A stretch of 64,000 nucleotides of DNA, taken from assembly GCF_009914755.1 (NCBI RefSeq), contig NC_060936.1; one strand, 5' to 3'. Source of the stretch: the human T2T-CHM13v2.0 reference genome, Homo sapiens. Below the pieces are notes generated by a model, which had not been told where the DNA came from, ran no database searches, and saw only the letters and a program-made list of their open reading frames with translations. The translations under genes were made by a program, and so were the position numbers. Position 1 is the first letter of the stretch. The number at the start of each line of letters is the position of its first letter. This document shows positions 48,051 through 62,244 of this stretch, piece by piece.

Positions 48051-50943
48051 CTATTTCCATACTGTCACTTTAATAGGACTTGGAAGTAAATTGAATAAAA
48101 TATATGTGTTTATTCCATGAAATTAAGCTAGATCCCTCCTAAAAAGACCAAACTCTTAAGAGAGGAATGTGTTTGAATCAAGTCATTTCTCTGCAGCATG
48201 ATGTAGAACATACTTTATTAATTGATGCTTCTTGTGTAAGAGGACCACTACTGGCCAAATAATCTATGGTCAAGAGAAAACATTCATGTAGGAAAAACAT
48301 GGATACTCCTCCTTTGCAGTACCATGGAAGGGAGGGTGGAGGATGGAGCAGGCATTGTGGCAGTGTAAGTATAAAATGGCCATGAAATGAGCAGGAAGGC
48401 AAAATAGCAGAAAAAATAAAAGGTAAGTGATCACTTACAACTTAAAGACTTTTCATCATTTTGTCAAGTGTAGTTTTACTTTCTTTTTTTTTTTTTTTTT
48501 TTCCAAAATGACAGCCCAGTTTAACAGTAAGTTTGGTCTGAAATTCCTGAAAACTTTTTTCACTTAGATTGGCCTTTAGAACAATGTCTAAACTATCATA
48601 CCTTCTTATCTTTAAGTGACATAGAGCTTCAATCACTTTATTAATGTCATTAGTTATGTTTTAACTTACGTCTTTGCATTTTAACTCATGTCATGAGAAT
48701 GCTCATAGTTTTTAAATTTGTTCCCCCTGACCCTAAACTTTGCCATGCTCATTAATAATATTTAAAGTTCCTTGGTTACATTTAGATTTGGAATCGTGTC
48801 AAATCATTCTATACTCTTATGTCACATTCAGCTAATGGCAAAAAGCATAGATGTTTCTGTTGAATACTTTGCTTTCATTTCTTCTTCATTTTCCTAGTCA
48901 TATCCTGTTCTAGTATGGACCCATACTCTTCTGCTCAGATTAATGGTATCAGGAGGTGCTACTCAAACAAATATGACCACCTCCTGCTTTATATTCTCAT
49001 GTTCAGGAAAAATATTCTGAAAGGCTGCTCCCCTATACAGGTGTGTAGTGACTTACTGGAGAGGATAGGCAATTCAGGGATTTCAAATTTCGAATTAAAT
49101 TGTTACTCTTTTGTATCAAAGAAATAAAAATATAACAAAAGGCAATATCAAGGTAACTTAATTCAATACATTTCTCACTTAAATGATGAAGGGCTGCTCA
49201 CAGAGTCAGTTTATTTAGCAAAAGTTCTTTTTTTAAGACACAGTACTCTCAATCAACAACTACATGGCTGTTGCATGAGTGCCATGACTTCTTAAAGGCA
49301 TAGTACACTCAATCAACAACTGCAGGACTGTTTTTATTTCCGACAATAGACTGAAGGCAATAGAACCATGTTCATAAACCAACACAACAGGGAGATTTGT
49401 TTCCAGGAAGTAAATAATTTAAAACAGATTTTATTAAAATAAGAAGATAGAATAGAATGCACAATCCACATGAATATTTTAGAAGAAGACATACAATTAT
49501 AAAGAAATTTCACATTTATGGTTAGTCTCTTGGGGATTTACTCACAAATACCCAGGGATATTCATGTTCTCCTCTTTGTTCTTTCTTATTGGTTGGGGAA
49601 GTTTGTAAAGTATTGGTCTAACAAAAAAATAAACTATTTTCTTTAAAATTAAATATGCAGGGAATTCAGATTCATGCAGACTCAAGTTAAGCATTTTTTT
49701 AAGTTTTAATAGAATGCTCAGATAATTTAAGAATGTAGTAGCTCATAGAGGAAGAAGCATAATTTTTCACAGTCATATTATTGGGTGGTTTTACCTGAAA
49801 TTTTAGGAATACTTTCATAAACATTGATATTTGTGAAAAATCAAACCTGATATCGGAGAAGGAATTTCCAATTCATGTTTAACCTCTCTTAGATCAATTG
49901 CATATCAATATTTTAAATTCTTAGGTAACAATGAGAATATTTCAAGAAAGTTGATAGACATTATTTAAATTATATCTATAAGAAAATAGCTCAAGCTTTA
50001 GAGTCAGTTACAACTTTCATACCCTCATATTGTACCAGTGTGAAACTGAACAAGATATTTTTCTAAGTTTCTAATTTTTCATGGGTAAAACACAGATACT
50101 AATACCTTTGTTAATAGTAGGAATACCTCTAAGTGGTCATCTATATACTCTGTGGGTTACATAAGTAACGCAGAGATTGAGATATTTTAAAACTCCTTGT
50201 AAGTAGTTCTTTGTTTTGTTTCATTTAGGTTTGGTTTTGCCTTCTTTCATTGACAAAGAGGAAGATATGCAAAGTTCAACAGACCACTTAGCTTGAGTGC
50301 CTTTTCATGTTCTCTGGTGCTCCTTCCTTGGTGCTGTTAGGAAATGTCACATCTTTAACCTGAATTACAAGAAAAGCAAAAACTAACCAACAAACAAAAA
50401 ACATCTATGTATTCTTAAACTATTTTATTACCCTCTGATATTGCCTATACTCAATTGATCTAATTTAGTATCCCCAGGTTTAGATTCTGTAAAATTTCCC
50501 TCTCCATATAGAGTCTTGCCATCCTGCATTCTGTTATTTCATCACTGATCTTAGGTCCTACCCAGAATGATACCATTTTCTTAGGGACTGAAAAGGTCTG
50601 AGGAAGAAAGAACAAATGCAGGATAGCAAAATGAATGCATGTACAATGCTGGGCTTAAGAGATAAGCCGTGGTTATGGTGATGCGTACACTGTACATGCA
50701 TACTATACTTAAGAGATAAGCTGTGCTGAATTGTAATATGCAGGGTTTGAAAGATAAGTTATACAACAGTTTGAACTAGAAGTAGAAAATCTGTGTGTAG
50801 GCTAATTGAACTTTGCTTAAATGCATTACAAAAACAGAAACAACTGAAATGGACATTCAGTTCATATTCTGGCCATTCAAGTAAAGCAACACCTACTGTC
50901 ATTTCATAGACTAAAGATATGGAACTATGTTGACATTGTAAAG

Positions 50944-51928
50944 GTTTTAAGTTCAGAGGTACATGTGCAGGATGTACAGGTTTGTTACAGAGGTAAACGT
51001 GTGTCATGGGGGTTTGTCACAAGGATTATTTCATCACCAGCTATTAAGCTTAGTACCCATTAGTTATTTTTCCTGGTCCTCTCCCTCCTCCCACATTTTA
51101 CCCTCCAATAGGCTCCAGTATGTGTTGTTCTCACCTATGTGTCCATATGTTCTCATCTTTTAGCTCCCACTTATAAGTGAGAACATGCAGTATTTGGTTT
51201 TCTACTCTTGCATTAGTTTGCTAAAGATAAGGGCCTTCAGCTTCATCCAGGTCCCTGCAAAGGCCATGATCTCATTATTTTTATGGCTGCATAAAATTCC
51301 ATGGTGTATATGTACCACATTTTCTTTATCCAGTTTATCATTGACGGGCATTTAGGCTGATTCCATGGCTTTGCTTTTGTGAATGGTGCTGTGATGAACA
51401 TTCATGTGCATGTGGTTTTTATAATAGAATGATTTATATTCCTTTGGGTGTATACACAATAATGGGATTGCTGGGTTGAATGGTACTTCTGTCTTTAGGT
51501 CTTTGAGGAATCGCCACACTCTTCCACAATGGTTGAACTAATTTACACTCCCACCAATGGTGTATAAGTGCTTCTTTTTCTCCACAACCTCGCCAGCATC
51601 TGTTATTTTATTGACTTTTTAAAAATAACCATTCTGACTGATATGAGATGGTATCTCATTGTGGTTTTGATTTGCATTTGTCCAATTATCAGTGATGTTG
51701 AGCTTTTTCATGATTCTTGACCGCATGTATGTCTTCTTTTGAGAAGCGTCTGCTCATGTTCTTTGCCCGCTTTTTAATGGCTTTTTACTTGTAAATTTGT
51801 TTAAGTTCCTTATAGATACTGGATATTAGACCTTTGTCAGATGCATAGTTTTCAAAAATTTTCTCCCATTCTGCAGGTTGTCTGTTTACTCTATTGGTAG
51901 TTTCTTTTGCTCTCCAGAAGCTCTTTAG
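50944..51928 (-). mobile_element. L1PA11-13-like 3' fragment
   Basis: TTTTAAGTTCAGAGGTACATGTGCAGGATG...GATTATTTCATCACC...CAGAAGCTCTTTAG. No clear tail or TSD. Confidence 0.9.
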
Positions 51929-52019
51929 ATTGTCATTAGCTTGAGTTTGTGTTTTTTCTGTATATTTTTAATGGTACCTGGAGAGCTGGACCATTTGTTG
52001 AAGGGATATTTGATATGCC

Positions 52020-52545
52020 ACTGTCTAAAATGCAAATCCTATGATAACACTTACCTGCTTGCAATCTTTCAGTCTCCACACAAATCCTTCACAACAAAGT
52101 CAAACTTCATGGGAAGATCCATCATGGTAAGGGCCCCTGCAAATGTATCTAGCCTTATTCCAACTATTTCTCTGACACATACACATACATGCATACACAC
52201 CACACTTACATGTATATATACTAGTTACATTCAATATGTACACAATTCTTGCAATAGGATAACTTTTTATACCTATACATTTCATACCTTCACATAGGCC
52301 CTTTTTAAAACTTAAACTCAGCACAAATATTTTTCTTGCCTCTACAATCTGGGTGGAGTACACCCGCTTAGTGTTACAATACCAGCTTATTCATGTATAT
52401 ACCATTATGTCTAAGTCATTCTACTGTAATTGGAGGTATACATCTTGATGATAGGATCATGAATTATTAGTTTATGGTGTTCAGTACATAGAATATAAAA
52501 TATGTAAATATATAGGATAAATGAATGAATGATTGAATTAATGGA
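52020..52545 (+). mobile_element. L2 3' fragment
   Basis: CTAAAATGCAAATCCTATGAT at the start and a (TGAA)n tail at ~52520-52540. Confidence 0.5.
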
Positions 52546-53752
52546 ATTTATTTCTTGACACTATATACAGCAATTGATATTTCACTTCTGATTTATAGAT
52601 TTTTATTTTTAAAACATTTATAAAATGCATTAAATACAAGCACAACTTAAAATAATCTTATATCCTACTATTCAAGAAATAAATGTTAGCATTTTGCTTT
52701 ATTCCCTGAATTCATTCACATATCCACATGTCTATAATTTAAAATAAAAACAGAATATTCTAGAACTGCAATTTTGAATCATTTATCTTTAAAATGAGGC
52801 AATAAGTATTTTAATAAGTTGGCTAAATCCATTTAAATTCTAAGAAAGTAGTGGGTTATTTTTAAAGAAAAAGACCACTTTTTTTGTTTGGAAGAAATGT
52901 TAATGAGCCCTTTAGTTATTCTAAGGAGAGACAAGAGTAGATTGGAGAGGCTAAGACAAATTGGAGTTAATTTGCCCAGTGAAACAATGTAAAAGAAACT
53001 CTCCTTTTCACATTATCACAAAATTGCTGATATTTAGCTGGACACATGGCTGCCTAGAATAAAAACATTTCTCAGTCTCTCATGTAGTGTGACTGCACAG
53101 TAATACATAAGACAAAGCTTCCTAGAACTGTCCATAAATGACAGCTGCTGTATGTTCCTAGTCCTTTCTCCTTCATTCTGCTGGTGTGACAGTTGGAACT
53201 CTACTTATATATAAACAATTTTATAATGACCTAACCTGAACATGAATCTGATACATGTATCTGATTGTTTTGTAGGGGAGCATTTTTAGAAAGAGAACCT
53301 GTGCTTAATGTATTCAATACAAATTGTCAAATTGCACTCTGAAATAGTAGTGGCAAAATATAATCACATAATGGAAGAATGTCTGAATTCAAAATATTCT
53401 GAATATCACTGAACATTCTTAACATTTGAATCTTTGCTAATTTTTCAACAAAAGCATTTCACCAACATTTTAGTATATATTTTGTATTACTAGTTAGGTT
53501 AAATTTTACTCAGGCTTATATTGGCCTTATGTAAGTTTTTGCTCTTGGTCTTTTCTTTATATCAACTTTTCTGTTTTAGTTCATCTTATTCTCCTAGTAA
53601 TTGAAATAGTTGTGTATTTTAAATTTTCATTATCTCTTCCCTTAAAAGTGAAAATACTTTTATCCTAGTTTGAAATCTGTCTTTAATTCTCATTATGGTA
53701 TGTTTTAAGGTACTAAATTTTAAATTATTGATAAAAATATGCTTCTAGGCTA

Positions 53753-54471
53753 TTGTTAGTAAAGGGGGAAACTTGGATAGTTTATTGTTTTATTTTAAAA
53801 AAAACTTTTTATCGATGTATGTTTAAACACAGAGACAGAATAGAAAATAATGTCTAACATAGGCCTTAACTTTAAGTGGAATCTTCTAATCCACATTGAA
53901 AACAGCTTGCCTTCATCCACACAGCTTAACTGGATCAAGAACTCAGCAGTTGTAATTAACAAGACCTTACCATCTTACCATTCAAAGGAATTCTAAGTCA
54001 GGAAGACAAGTAGTGGCAAACTTTATTATTTATTTCAGAAACTTTTCAAAAATTCATTTTTCTGAACAATATATTTCTCTACTATAACTCTCTTAGGACA
54101 ATAGAATCTTTTTATGGTAAATAGTCCTCTTCTCCAGGTATAAATCACTCGAGTGGGCAAACCACTTGCTTATCAAAATAATTTACTCATCAAATGCTCA
54201 CTTCGTTGTGTCCACCAATCCTAAATATCTCTATCATGGACTCCAGCCAATCCTAACCAAATCTCTCTATCAATCAACTTCGGCCTAATACCAGATCCCA
54301 AAACCCTATGAATATGTGGCTTTGACCTTTACACACTTCAGAAGCACTATCAAGAAAATATATTGAGGTGGCAAGGTAAAGTCTCCTTACTGCCAGTAGG
54401 TGATAAGCTTGGTTTTCATTCAGTGACAGATTATTAGCAGGTTATTTGGTGATATTTTTGGAGAGTTGACA
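53753..54471 (+). mobile_element. Old ERV1 LTR (MER90/MER110-like)
   Basis: TGTTAG...CCACCAATCCTAAA...AGCCAATCCTAACC...GGAGAGTTGACA. Subfamily uncertain. Confidence 0.45.
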
Positions 54472-54839
54472 ATAGATGATACAGACTCCCCAAAAGGCTG
54501 AGTCTTGTATTAGTTAGGGAAACAGAAACAACTCAGAGAAACAAAACCAATAAATATATGCATTATACAGGAATAATGTATTCTATATTATATATAAATC
54601 TCTTTTTATATATTATTTATAAACCTCTATATATTATATATGTACATATTATTTATATTTATATATTATATATTTATGAAGAAAGAGAGTGAGAGAGAAA
54701 GATTTATTAGAAGGAATTGGCTTATGCTATTATAAACGTTAAGAACTTCAGGCCCAGGAGAGTCAACGATATACTTCTGTCTGAGTCCAAAGGCCAGAAA
54801 AGATCAATGTTCAGCTCAAATCCAGGCAGAGAGAAATGA

Positions 54840-54983
54840 TGTTTTTTGTTTTAATTTTACTTTAAGTTCTGGGATACATGTGCTGAATGTGCAGGTTTGC
54901 TACACAGGTATACATGTGCCAGGGTGGTTTGCTGCACCTTTCAGCCCGTCATCTAGATTTTAAGCCCCACAAGCATTAGGTAT
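54840..54983 (-). mobile_element. Short L1PA8-like 3' end inserted in the 3' LTR
   Basis: TTTTACTTTAAGTTCTGGGATACATGTG...TTTAAGCCCCACAAGCATTAGGTAT. Confidence 0.85.
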
Positions 54984-55429
54984 AAATTTTTTTAACTAGC
55001 TTTTTTTTTTTATTAAGGCCTTAAATGGATTAAATGAGGCACACCCATATTAGGGAGGGCAATCTGCTTTACTCAGTCCATAGATTCAAATATTAATTCT
55101 ATCCAGAAATACTCTCACAGACATATCCAGAAATAATGGTTAACCAGATATACAAGTATCCAGTGGCTCATTCAAGTTGATATATAAAATTAGCCATCCA
55201 AGTCTACCCTATGTCAACTTGGCACTCACACATATTTCCTTAAGCCATACTCAATCTCTAAACAAAGGCAATAATAAGGTCATAATTCTGCCTAACATGA
55301 TACAACTATTCAGTGTACAACCCAAATTCACAAACCCTTTCCCCAGATAGAGAGGCAAAGTAGTTATATTTGCTCATCTCCTTCATATTCCATAACTTAA
55401 ATAGTATGATGTGAAATAAATGAACCATG

Positions 55430-57960
55430 CCTGCAAAGTACTATCCCTTCGGTGATATAACTGAGACTTCAAAAGGCAATTCCACCATTCTAGCAAATTG
55501 ACTGCTTTAGAATAGTGGGAAATAAGATAAGACTAGTGAATTTTATGAAAATGGACCCATTGCTACATGATTTTTTCTTTGAAGTGAGTTTATTTTTTTA
55601 AATCAGAACCAATGCTGTGTGGAATATCATGAAGGTGAATATAGGATTCTGTAATTACATGGGTTGCAGTTTTGACAGAAACATGTGTCTGTTCTGGTAA
55701 GAACAAAATGCTGCTCTTTCCTTAGTGGAAGCAGTCCAATGTGCTCAACCTGTCATCAGGTAGCTGGCAGATCACCCTGGGAAATGATGCTACATCAGGA
55801 ACTCAGTGTTGATCTCTGCTTCTGGCCAGCTGTGGTAATAGCCATGTCAGCCTTGATGAGTGGAAGTACATGTTGCTCAACCCATGCATAACTTGCATCA
55901 CTACCACCTTGGCCACTCTGTTCATGAGCCCATTGGGCAATGATAGGGGGTGGTATGGAAAAATAGGGTGACTGATATCTACAGAATGGGTCATCCTATC
56001 CATCTGGATATTAAAATTCTCCTCTGTTGATGTTAATTTTGTGAGCATTCACATAGGACACAAACATATTCATGTTCTTTTGCCTGTTCAGACATATCTA
56101 TCCACATATCTCTTCCCAAAATTTTATTTCTACCAGTTTTCCAATCATATTATTTCCAAGTTCCTGACCATCTAGCCAAACCATTGGCCACAGTCCATGA
56201 ATTGTAATCCAATCGCATGTCTGGCCATTTCTCCTTCCAAGCAAAGTGGACAACCAGGTTCAGTGCTTGAAGCTCTGCCAACTGGGAGAATTTCTCTTCA
56301 CCACTGTCCTTCATGGATGTCCCACAAAGGGGCTATACAGATATAGCTGTCCAATTTGAGGTGGTGCCTGCATATCCTGCAGAACCATCTGAAAACAAGG
56401 CCCAAGCTTTCTCTTTCTCTGTCAACTGATCATAGGAAATGCCTCATTAGGTCATGGATGTAGGCTGACAGAAATAAGGCAGGGTAGCAGAAGCAGGAAC
56501 CATAGGCATTTGGGCCACTTCTTCATGTAACTTACTTGTACATTCAGGGTTGCTCTGGTCCTATCATGTCTATACCACTTCCATTTGATGACAGGGTGTT
56601 GCAATGCATGCTCAACTTTATGGCTTGATTGGTCAGATCATATCCCCTTCATGATGGGCAGCTCAGATTTCATGGTAACTTGGTGGTCAATGGTTAACCA
56701 CTTAGTCCCTCCTAAGACCCAGTGGTGAGCTAAGAGGTGTTTCTTAAAAGGGGACTCGTGTGGGTAAGACGGTAGGACCTTAATCTAAAAACCTGAGAAC
56801 TTATGTTGTTATTCACCTATAAGGGCCTTCCAAAGGCTCCAATCAGTATTTCTGTCTACCATAAACGCTTCAAGTGCCATTGGATTGGCTGTATTAGATG
56901 GCCCAAGCAGCAGACCAGCTTGCACAGCAACCTTGGCCTGTTGCAAAACTGTCCCTTGTTCTAAGCCCCACTAAAACCTAGCATATTTGGGGATCATTCA
57001 TTAAATGGGCTGGAGTAATGCACCAAAATAAGGAATATCTTTCCTCCAAAGCCCAAAGAGGTCCACTAGGCTCTTAGACTTTGTATCCTCCACTGGATTC
57101 TTAGAAATTGTATCGTGGTAGAAGGCTCATGGAATTTTGCTAAATTTATTTCTCACCTTCTGACAGGCAAATGTCTTCCTAATAAGCCTATGGTAGTTGC
57201 TAATTCTAGCTCACTAGGTCCAATCAGCATAATGGCATCAATATAATACATCAGTATGATAGCTTGTGGAAGAGAAAGGTGATCAAGATCCCTGTAAAAT
57301 AATGTATGACATATCGCTGGAGCAAACTCTCTGCTGGAAAGCAAACTGTTCTGGTGGTCTTCACTCACAAGTATCAAGAAACAAAGCATTTTCAGGTTAA
57401 TAACTGGATACCAGGTAAAAGGAGACATGTTAGTTTGGTTAAGCAATGAAGTCACATCTGATAAAGCAGCTGCAATTGGAGTTACCACCTGGTTAACTTA
57501 AGATAATCCACTGTCATTCTCCCAGATCCTTCTCTCTCTTCTGCACAGGTCAAATAGGTGAACTGAATAGGGTTGTGGTGGGAATCACCACCCCTGCATC
57601 TTTCAAGTCCTCGATTATGGTACTAATCTCTGTAATCCCTCCAGAAATGTGATATTGTTCTTGGTTTACTATTTTCTTATGTGGAGACAGTTCTAGCGGC
57701 TTCCACTTAGACTTTCACCCATATTAGTCCTTGACCCAAAGGTCAGGGAACCAATATTGGGATTTTACTAGCTGCTGAGTATGTCTATTTCAACTGTACA
57801 TCCAGAACTGTAGAAATAACTATAGGATGGGTTCAGGGAACAACTGGATCCACGGTGAGAAGACAGAGCTGAGCTAAAGCGCCATTGATCACTTACCTCT
57901 ACAAGCTCCTATTCTGACTGGTAAACTATAGTGATGTGTTAGGTCTCCCATAACTGGTGT
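55430..57960 (-). pseudogene. ERVL pol remnant (RT, RNase H, start of integrase)
   Basis: ORF 57153-57488 (VTPIAAAL...YYIDAIMLIGPSE, the YIDD motif mutated). ORF 55803-56048 (TSTEENFNIQMDRMTHSVD). Many stops and frameshifts. Confidence 0.8.
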
Positions 57961-58680
57961 TTATGTTCAGTAGTTCTCCAAAGGTCCAATTATTTTTATT
58001 TCCTACATGCACAGTTAACCTGGTAGAAGACTATAGGTCCCTTTGGAGTAGTTTCAGAGAAAGATTAAGAACATAAACATTTATCCTTCCACAGTGTACT
58101 GAGTCCTTCCTTAAGGTAACACAGCCTCTTCTTTTTAGGGACTTCTGGTACTGTAAACTCGTTCAAATCTGGAAACTGATTGAAGGGTAATGACTCTGTT
58201 TTCATGAATCAAATTACACCTTTGTTCACCTGAGCTAGAGCCTTTCTGCTTATACAGATCAAGTAAGAAGGCTTTCAAGTAGTAGGCTTTCTATCTATTT
58301 TACTTCTAGGAACACCATGATCACCTAACCAATGCCATAAATCTGTACAAGTCAGACTATTCTAATTTCTGCATTGAATCTGCTGACCATTATGACAACC
58401 ACCGCACCTTGCCTTTGGCAGTTGTCTGTTGCCACTTGGCCTCTGCCACAACATAATCCAATTATTCCTATTGCATTTAGGTTTTCCAATTCAGTGACTG
58501 TAGCCCCACTGTAAAGTCCACCTATGGATAAACATGATCATGGAGCTCTTTGAGGATGCCAGCCCTTCTCTCACATATTTATTCCTCATAGGAATGGTAA
58601 AAGGTATGTCTTCTGGACCTCCCAGTGTAGGTAAAGTTTAACTACAAATTATCTCTAACATTCCAATCTCCCTAAGCCTT

Positions 58681-58780
58681 TGAATCCATATATATATATG
58701 GATCCATATATATATATGAATCCCTATACATATGAATCCCTATATATATATATGAATCCATATATATATATTTTTTTTTT
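58681..58780. repeat. TG(A/G)ATCC(A/C)(TA)n minisatellite, 5 units, followed by T10
   Basis: Units start at 58681, 58699, 58717, 58733 and 58753. Confidence 0.9.
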
Positions 58781-60069
58781 AAAGGCAGGTCATGTATTTG
58801 TAATTCACTCACTTTGGGTTCATGTTTCAGCCAAAACTAAACAGTGAGAACCCTTCCAAACTCCCTGAGCTGAAACATTAGATGGAGAATCTACTCTTAG
58901 ACCATAGTAGTAAATTCAGCCTGATGCAACATTATGATACTTCTACCATTATTCCATGTTTTAAATATTCATCTCTGTACATGTTCCCCCAACTTCCGTC
59001 TGTATAAATTGGAAAATTAAAACATTTCTTTTAGAGTACAGCACACCACATCATGGGTCCCACTTTGTACCTTACCTTCTATGTCCTGCTTGGACTTGTA
59101 TGTAGTTATAGGTATAGAAGCCCAAAGAGGTGTTGGAGGTAGGCCCTGAGGAGAAAGTACATTGTCTTGCATGGCCATGTCTTAAAAGAGGCAATTATGC
59201 TTTCCTCAGGCAATGCAGGTTTCTCACATGGGAGTGGAGAGGCAACTACCACTCGGGGTGGGGAGACCATGTCTACTGGAGATAGGGGGCCTCTTCCACT
59301 GGCAAAGAAGACTCATTAGAATGTTTGGGCTCAGTGACCCCAGTTGCATCAAGGTCTTTCCGCAAGCCCCATTTCAACTTATAGGATCCCATTCTCTCCC
59401 AAACAACACTCTCATTTAAAAAATGGATGCCCCATGAAACTAAAAGTTCAATTTGCACTGTGATCAGCAGCAACAGGATAGGATTTGGGGTTTAATTTTC
59501 AGTAATCTCAGTTCTGGGGCTGGAAGAGATAGGGATCTCCTTCAAGGTACATATGGAAGTTTTCAGGGCAATTATGCAGCCCTTGAGCTGGGAAACCAAA
59601 TCCCTGAGCTCATTCTTTTCTTTCACTACTTTGTCCAGTGATAATAGGAGCAACTATTCTACCTACTTAGTTATATTGAATTATATTTCCAAAAATATGT
59701 GAAAGTATTACATACACGCTCATCTCCCTGCTTCTTGCAAGCAATTGATTAGGAGGTTTCCAATGGAGCATTTTACATATCTCTATTATAAAGATATTGG
59801 AATATTGGTGCTTTCTTTACAACTGGAAAGTCATTAGCATCTTTAAATCTAATCAGATTAGAGAGTCAATTCCAGAAAACCAGAAACCCAAGAATCAATT
59901 CAGAAAACTGATCCCTAAGTTTTGGTCTGTTTAGAACCATTCTTGGTACCAAAATCTGTATTACCTTCAGGGTTGTCCCAAGAAACAGATATGAAAGGAT
60001 AAACAGATAGACAGATATAGATATAAAGATTTATTATAAAGGATTTATATAAGGAATTGTGTTATAATA

Positions 60070-60358
60070 TAGTCAGCCCTTTGTATATGCAGGTTCCACA
60101 TCCATGAATTCAACTGCAGATAGAAAATATTTAAAAAAATAAAAAAGAATATGAAGTACAGCATAGCAACTGTTTCCATAGCATTTACATTCTATTAGAC
60201 ATAGTAAGTAATCTAGAGATTTTTAGAAGTATACGGGGGATATGCATAGGTTATTTGCAAATACTAATCAATTTTGTATGAGCAACTTGAGCATCTGTGG
60301 ATTTTGGCATCCGCAAGGTACCCTTGAACAAATCTCTCATGGATATGCAGGACTACTC
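60070..60358. mobile_element. Tigger3a/b (MER7-type) inside the 5' LTR
   Basis: AGTCAGCCCT...AGCATTTACATT...AAGTAATCTAGAGAT...GCATAGGTTAT...TTGAGCATCTGTGGATTTTGG. TA flanks. Confidence 0.85.
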
Positions 60359-60370
60359 TATATGTATATG

Positions 60371-60429
60371 CACACACGTGCACACACACCCACACACACA
60401 GACACACACACACACACAGACACAGAGAG

Positions 60430-60468
<39 letters not shown>
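60371..60468. repeat. (CA)n-(GA)n compound microsatellite
   Basis: Directly visible, at the usual MLT2 microsatellite position. Confidence 0.95.
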
Positions 60469-60472
<4 letters not shown>

Positions 60473-60731
60473 CATACAGAGAGATTTATTGTAGGGGATT
60501 GGCTTATGCAATTACAGAGGCTTACAAGTCCAAACCCAGAAGAGCTGAGTATATAATTCCAGTCTGTCCAATGGCAAGAGAACACCAATGTCCCAGTTTA
60601 AAGACAGGCAAAAACAAAGAATTCTTTCTTACTCAATCTTTTATTATATTTAGGTCTTTATAGGATTGAATGTGGCCTACCTACATTGGGAAGAACAGTC
60701 TACTCAGTCTACATATTCAAATATTTCTCTT

Positions 60732-61025
<294 letters not shown>

Positions 61026-62004
61026 GTTCATCTTTTTGATAAACACCCTAATAGACACGCTCAGAAATAACATTTAACCAAATATATAGGCACTCTTTAG
61101 CTCAGTCATGTTGACACACAAAATTAACATCATAAGACTTAATGTGTGGCTCTTCCCCATTTAATACTCCCTCCTCGTGCCTTACTTTAATATATATTTT
61201 GATGTCAAAAGAGGATATTTTCATTTCTAGTCATTGGAAAATTCATATCTCCTTTAAAGATGGTGTCTGCTTTTCCTTTTACTTCTTTCATCTCTTTTAC
61301 ATCTCTGACGCTAACAGAGACTTCAGTTCTTTAGACTCTTTAAGATCCATTCTTGGATGTGTGGGCTTTAGGTAGAATGGTGAAGGGGTCATAAAGAGAG
61401 TGGAATTACACAAATGTAGAATTATCACAAAAATGAGCTTTTAAAAACACTATATTTCCAGTTAGTTAATTATGCTTCCTCTCTAATGGTTCACATTCCC
61501 TAATTCCCCATTTTTTAACTCTGAGATAAATTTGAAGAGTTAGAAAGCTACATCCCATCATTTGTAGTGTTGTTCAAACTTCATAGATTCTATGTCTCTG
61601 AGCCATTGGGTAGACAATGAGAGAGACCCAAAACACTTCTTTCCATTTCTGCAACCTAGAATTTTTCTTTCTGCCATTCCTTAAGTGTGTGTCAGTCACT
61701 AACCTTCTTTGCATTTCAGTATTTCAACAAAGAATTTCATCTGTATTTTGGCAACAGGTAGATTGCCAACTTGATTTGTCAAAAGCATTTTATAAGTTTT
61801 GAAGTGCATGTTTCATGTGTTTATTTAGATCTTCCTAAAGAGTGTTTCAGTTTTATTGATGTGCAATTGTAATGTTTTTTGAGTTTCAAATATGTTAAAT
61901 TAGTTGACTACTGTCAGCACTTTCATCAATCCTTATTTTATCTTGTCTCATCATTCAGGTATGAAAATAAAATTTTTATGTTCTATAAATATAATTTTTA
62001 CATC

Positions 62005-62240
62005 ATTAAAAAAACTTTTTATCATCCATAATTGTACATAATTTTGGAATACATGTGATATTTGATATATGCATACAATGTATAATGATCAAATACAGGT
62101 AATTGAGATGGGGTATCCATCATTTCAAACATTTATCATTTCTTTGAGTTAGGAACATTCCACCTCTTTCCTTTTAGCTGTTTTGAAATATACAATAAAT
62201 TATTAACTATAGTTGCTTTATTGTAATATTAAACACTAGA
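62005..62240 (-). mobile_element. L1MA 3' end
   Basis: AATTGTACATA...ATACATGTGATATTTGAT...TTTTGAAATATACAATAAATTATT. Confidence 0.8.
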
Positions 62241-62244
62241 CATG

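Noticed and set aside
48423-48438. 16-bp perfect palindrome GTAAGTGATCACTTAC
   Set aside because: About one such palindrome is expected by chance in 64 kb.
49229-49332. CRISPR-like repeat-spacer reading
   Set aside because: Only two diverged copies, in primate DNA, with no cas genes.
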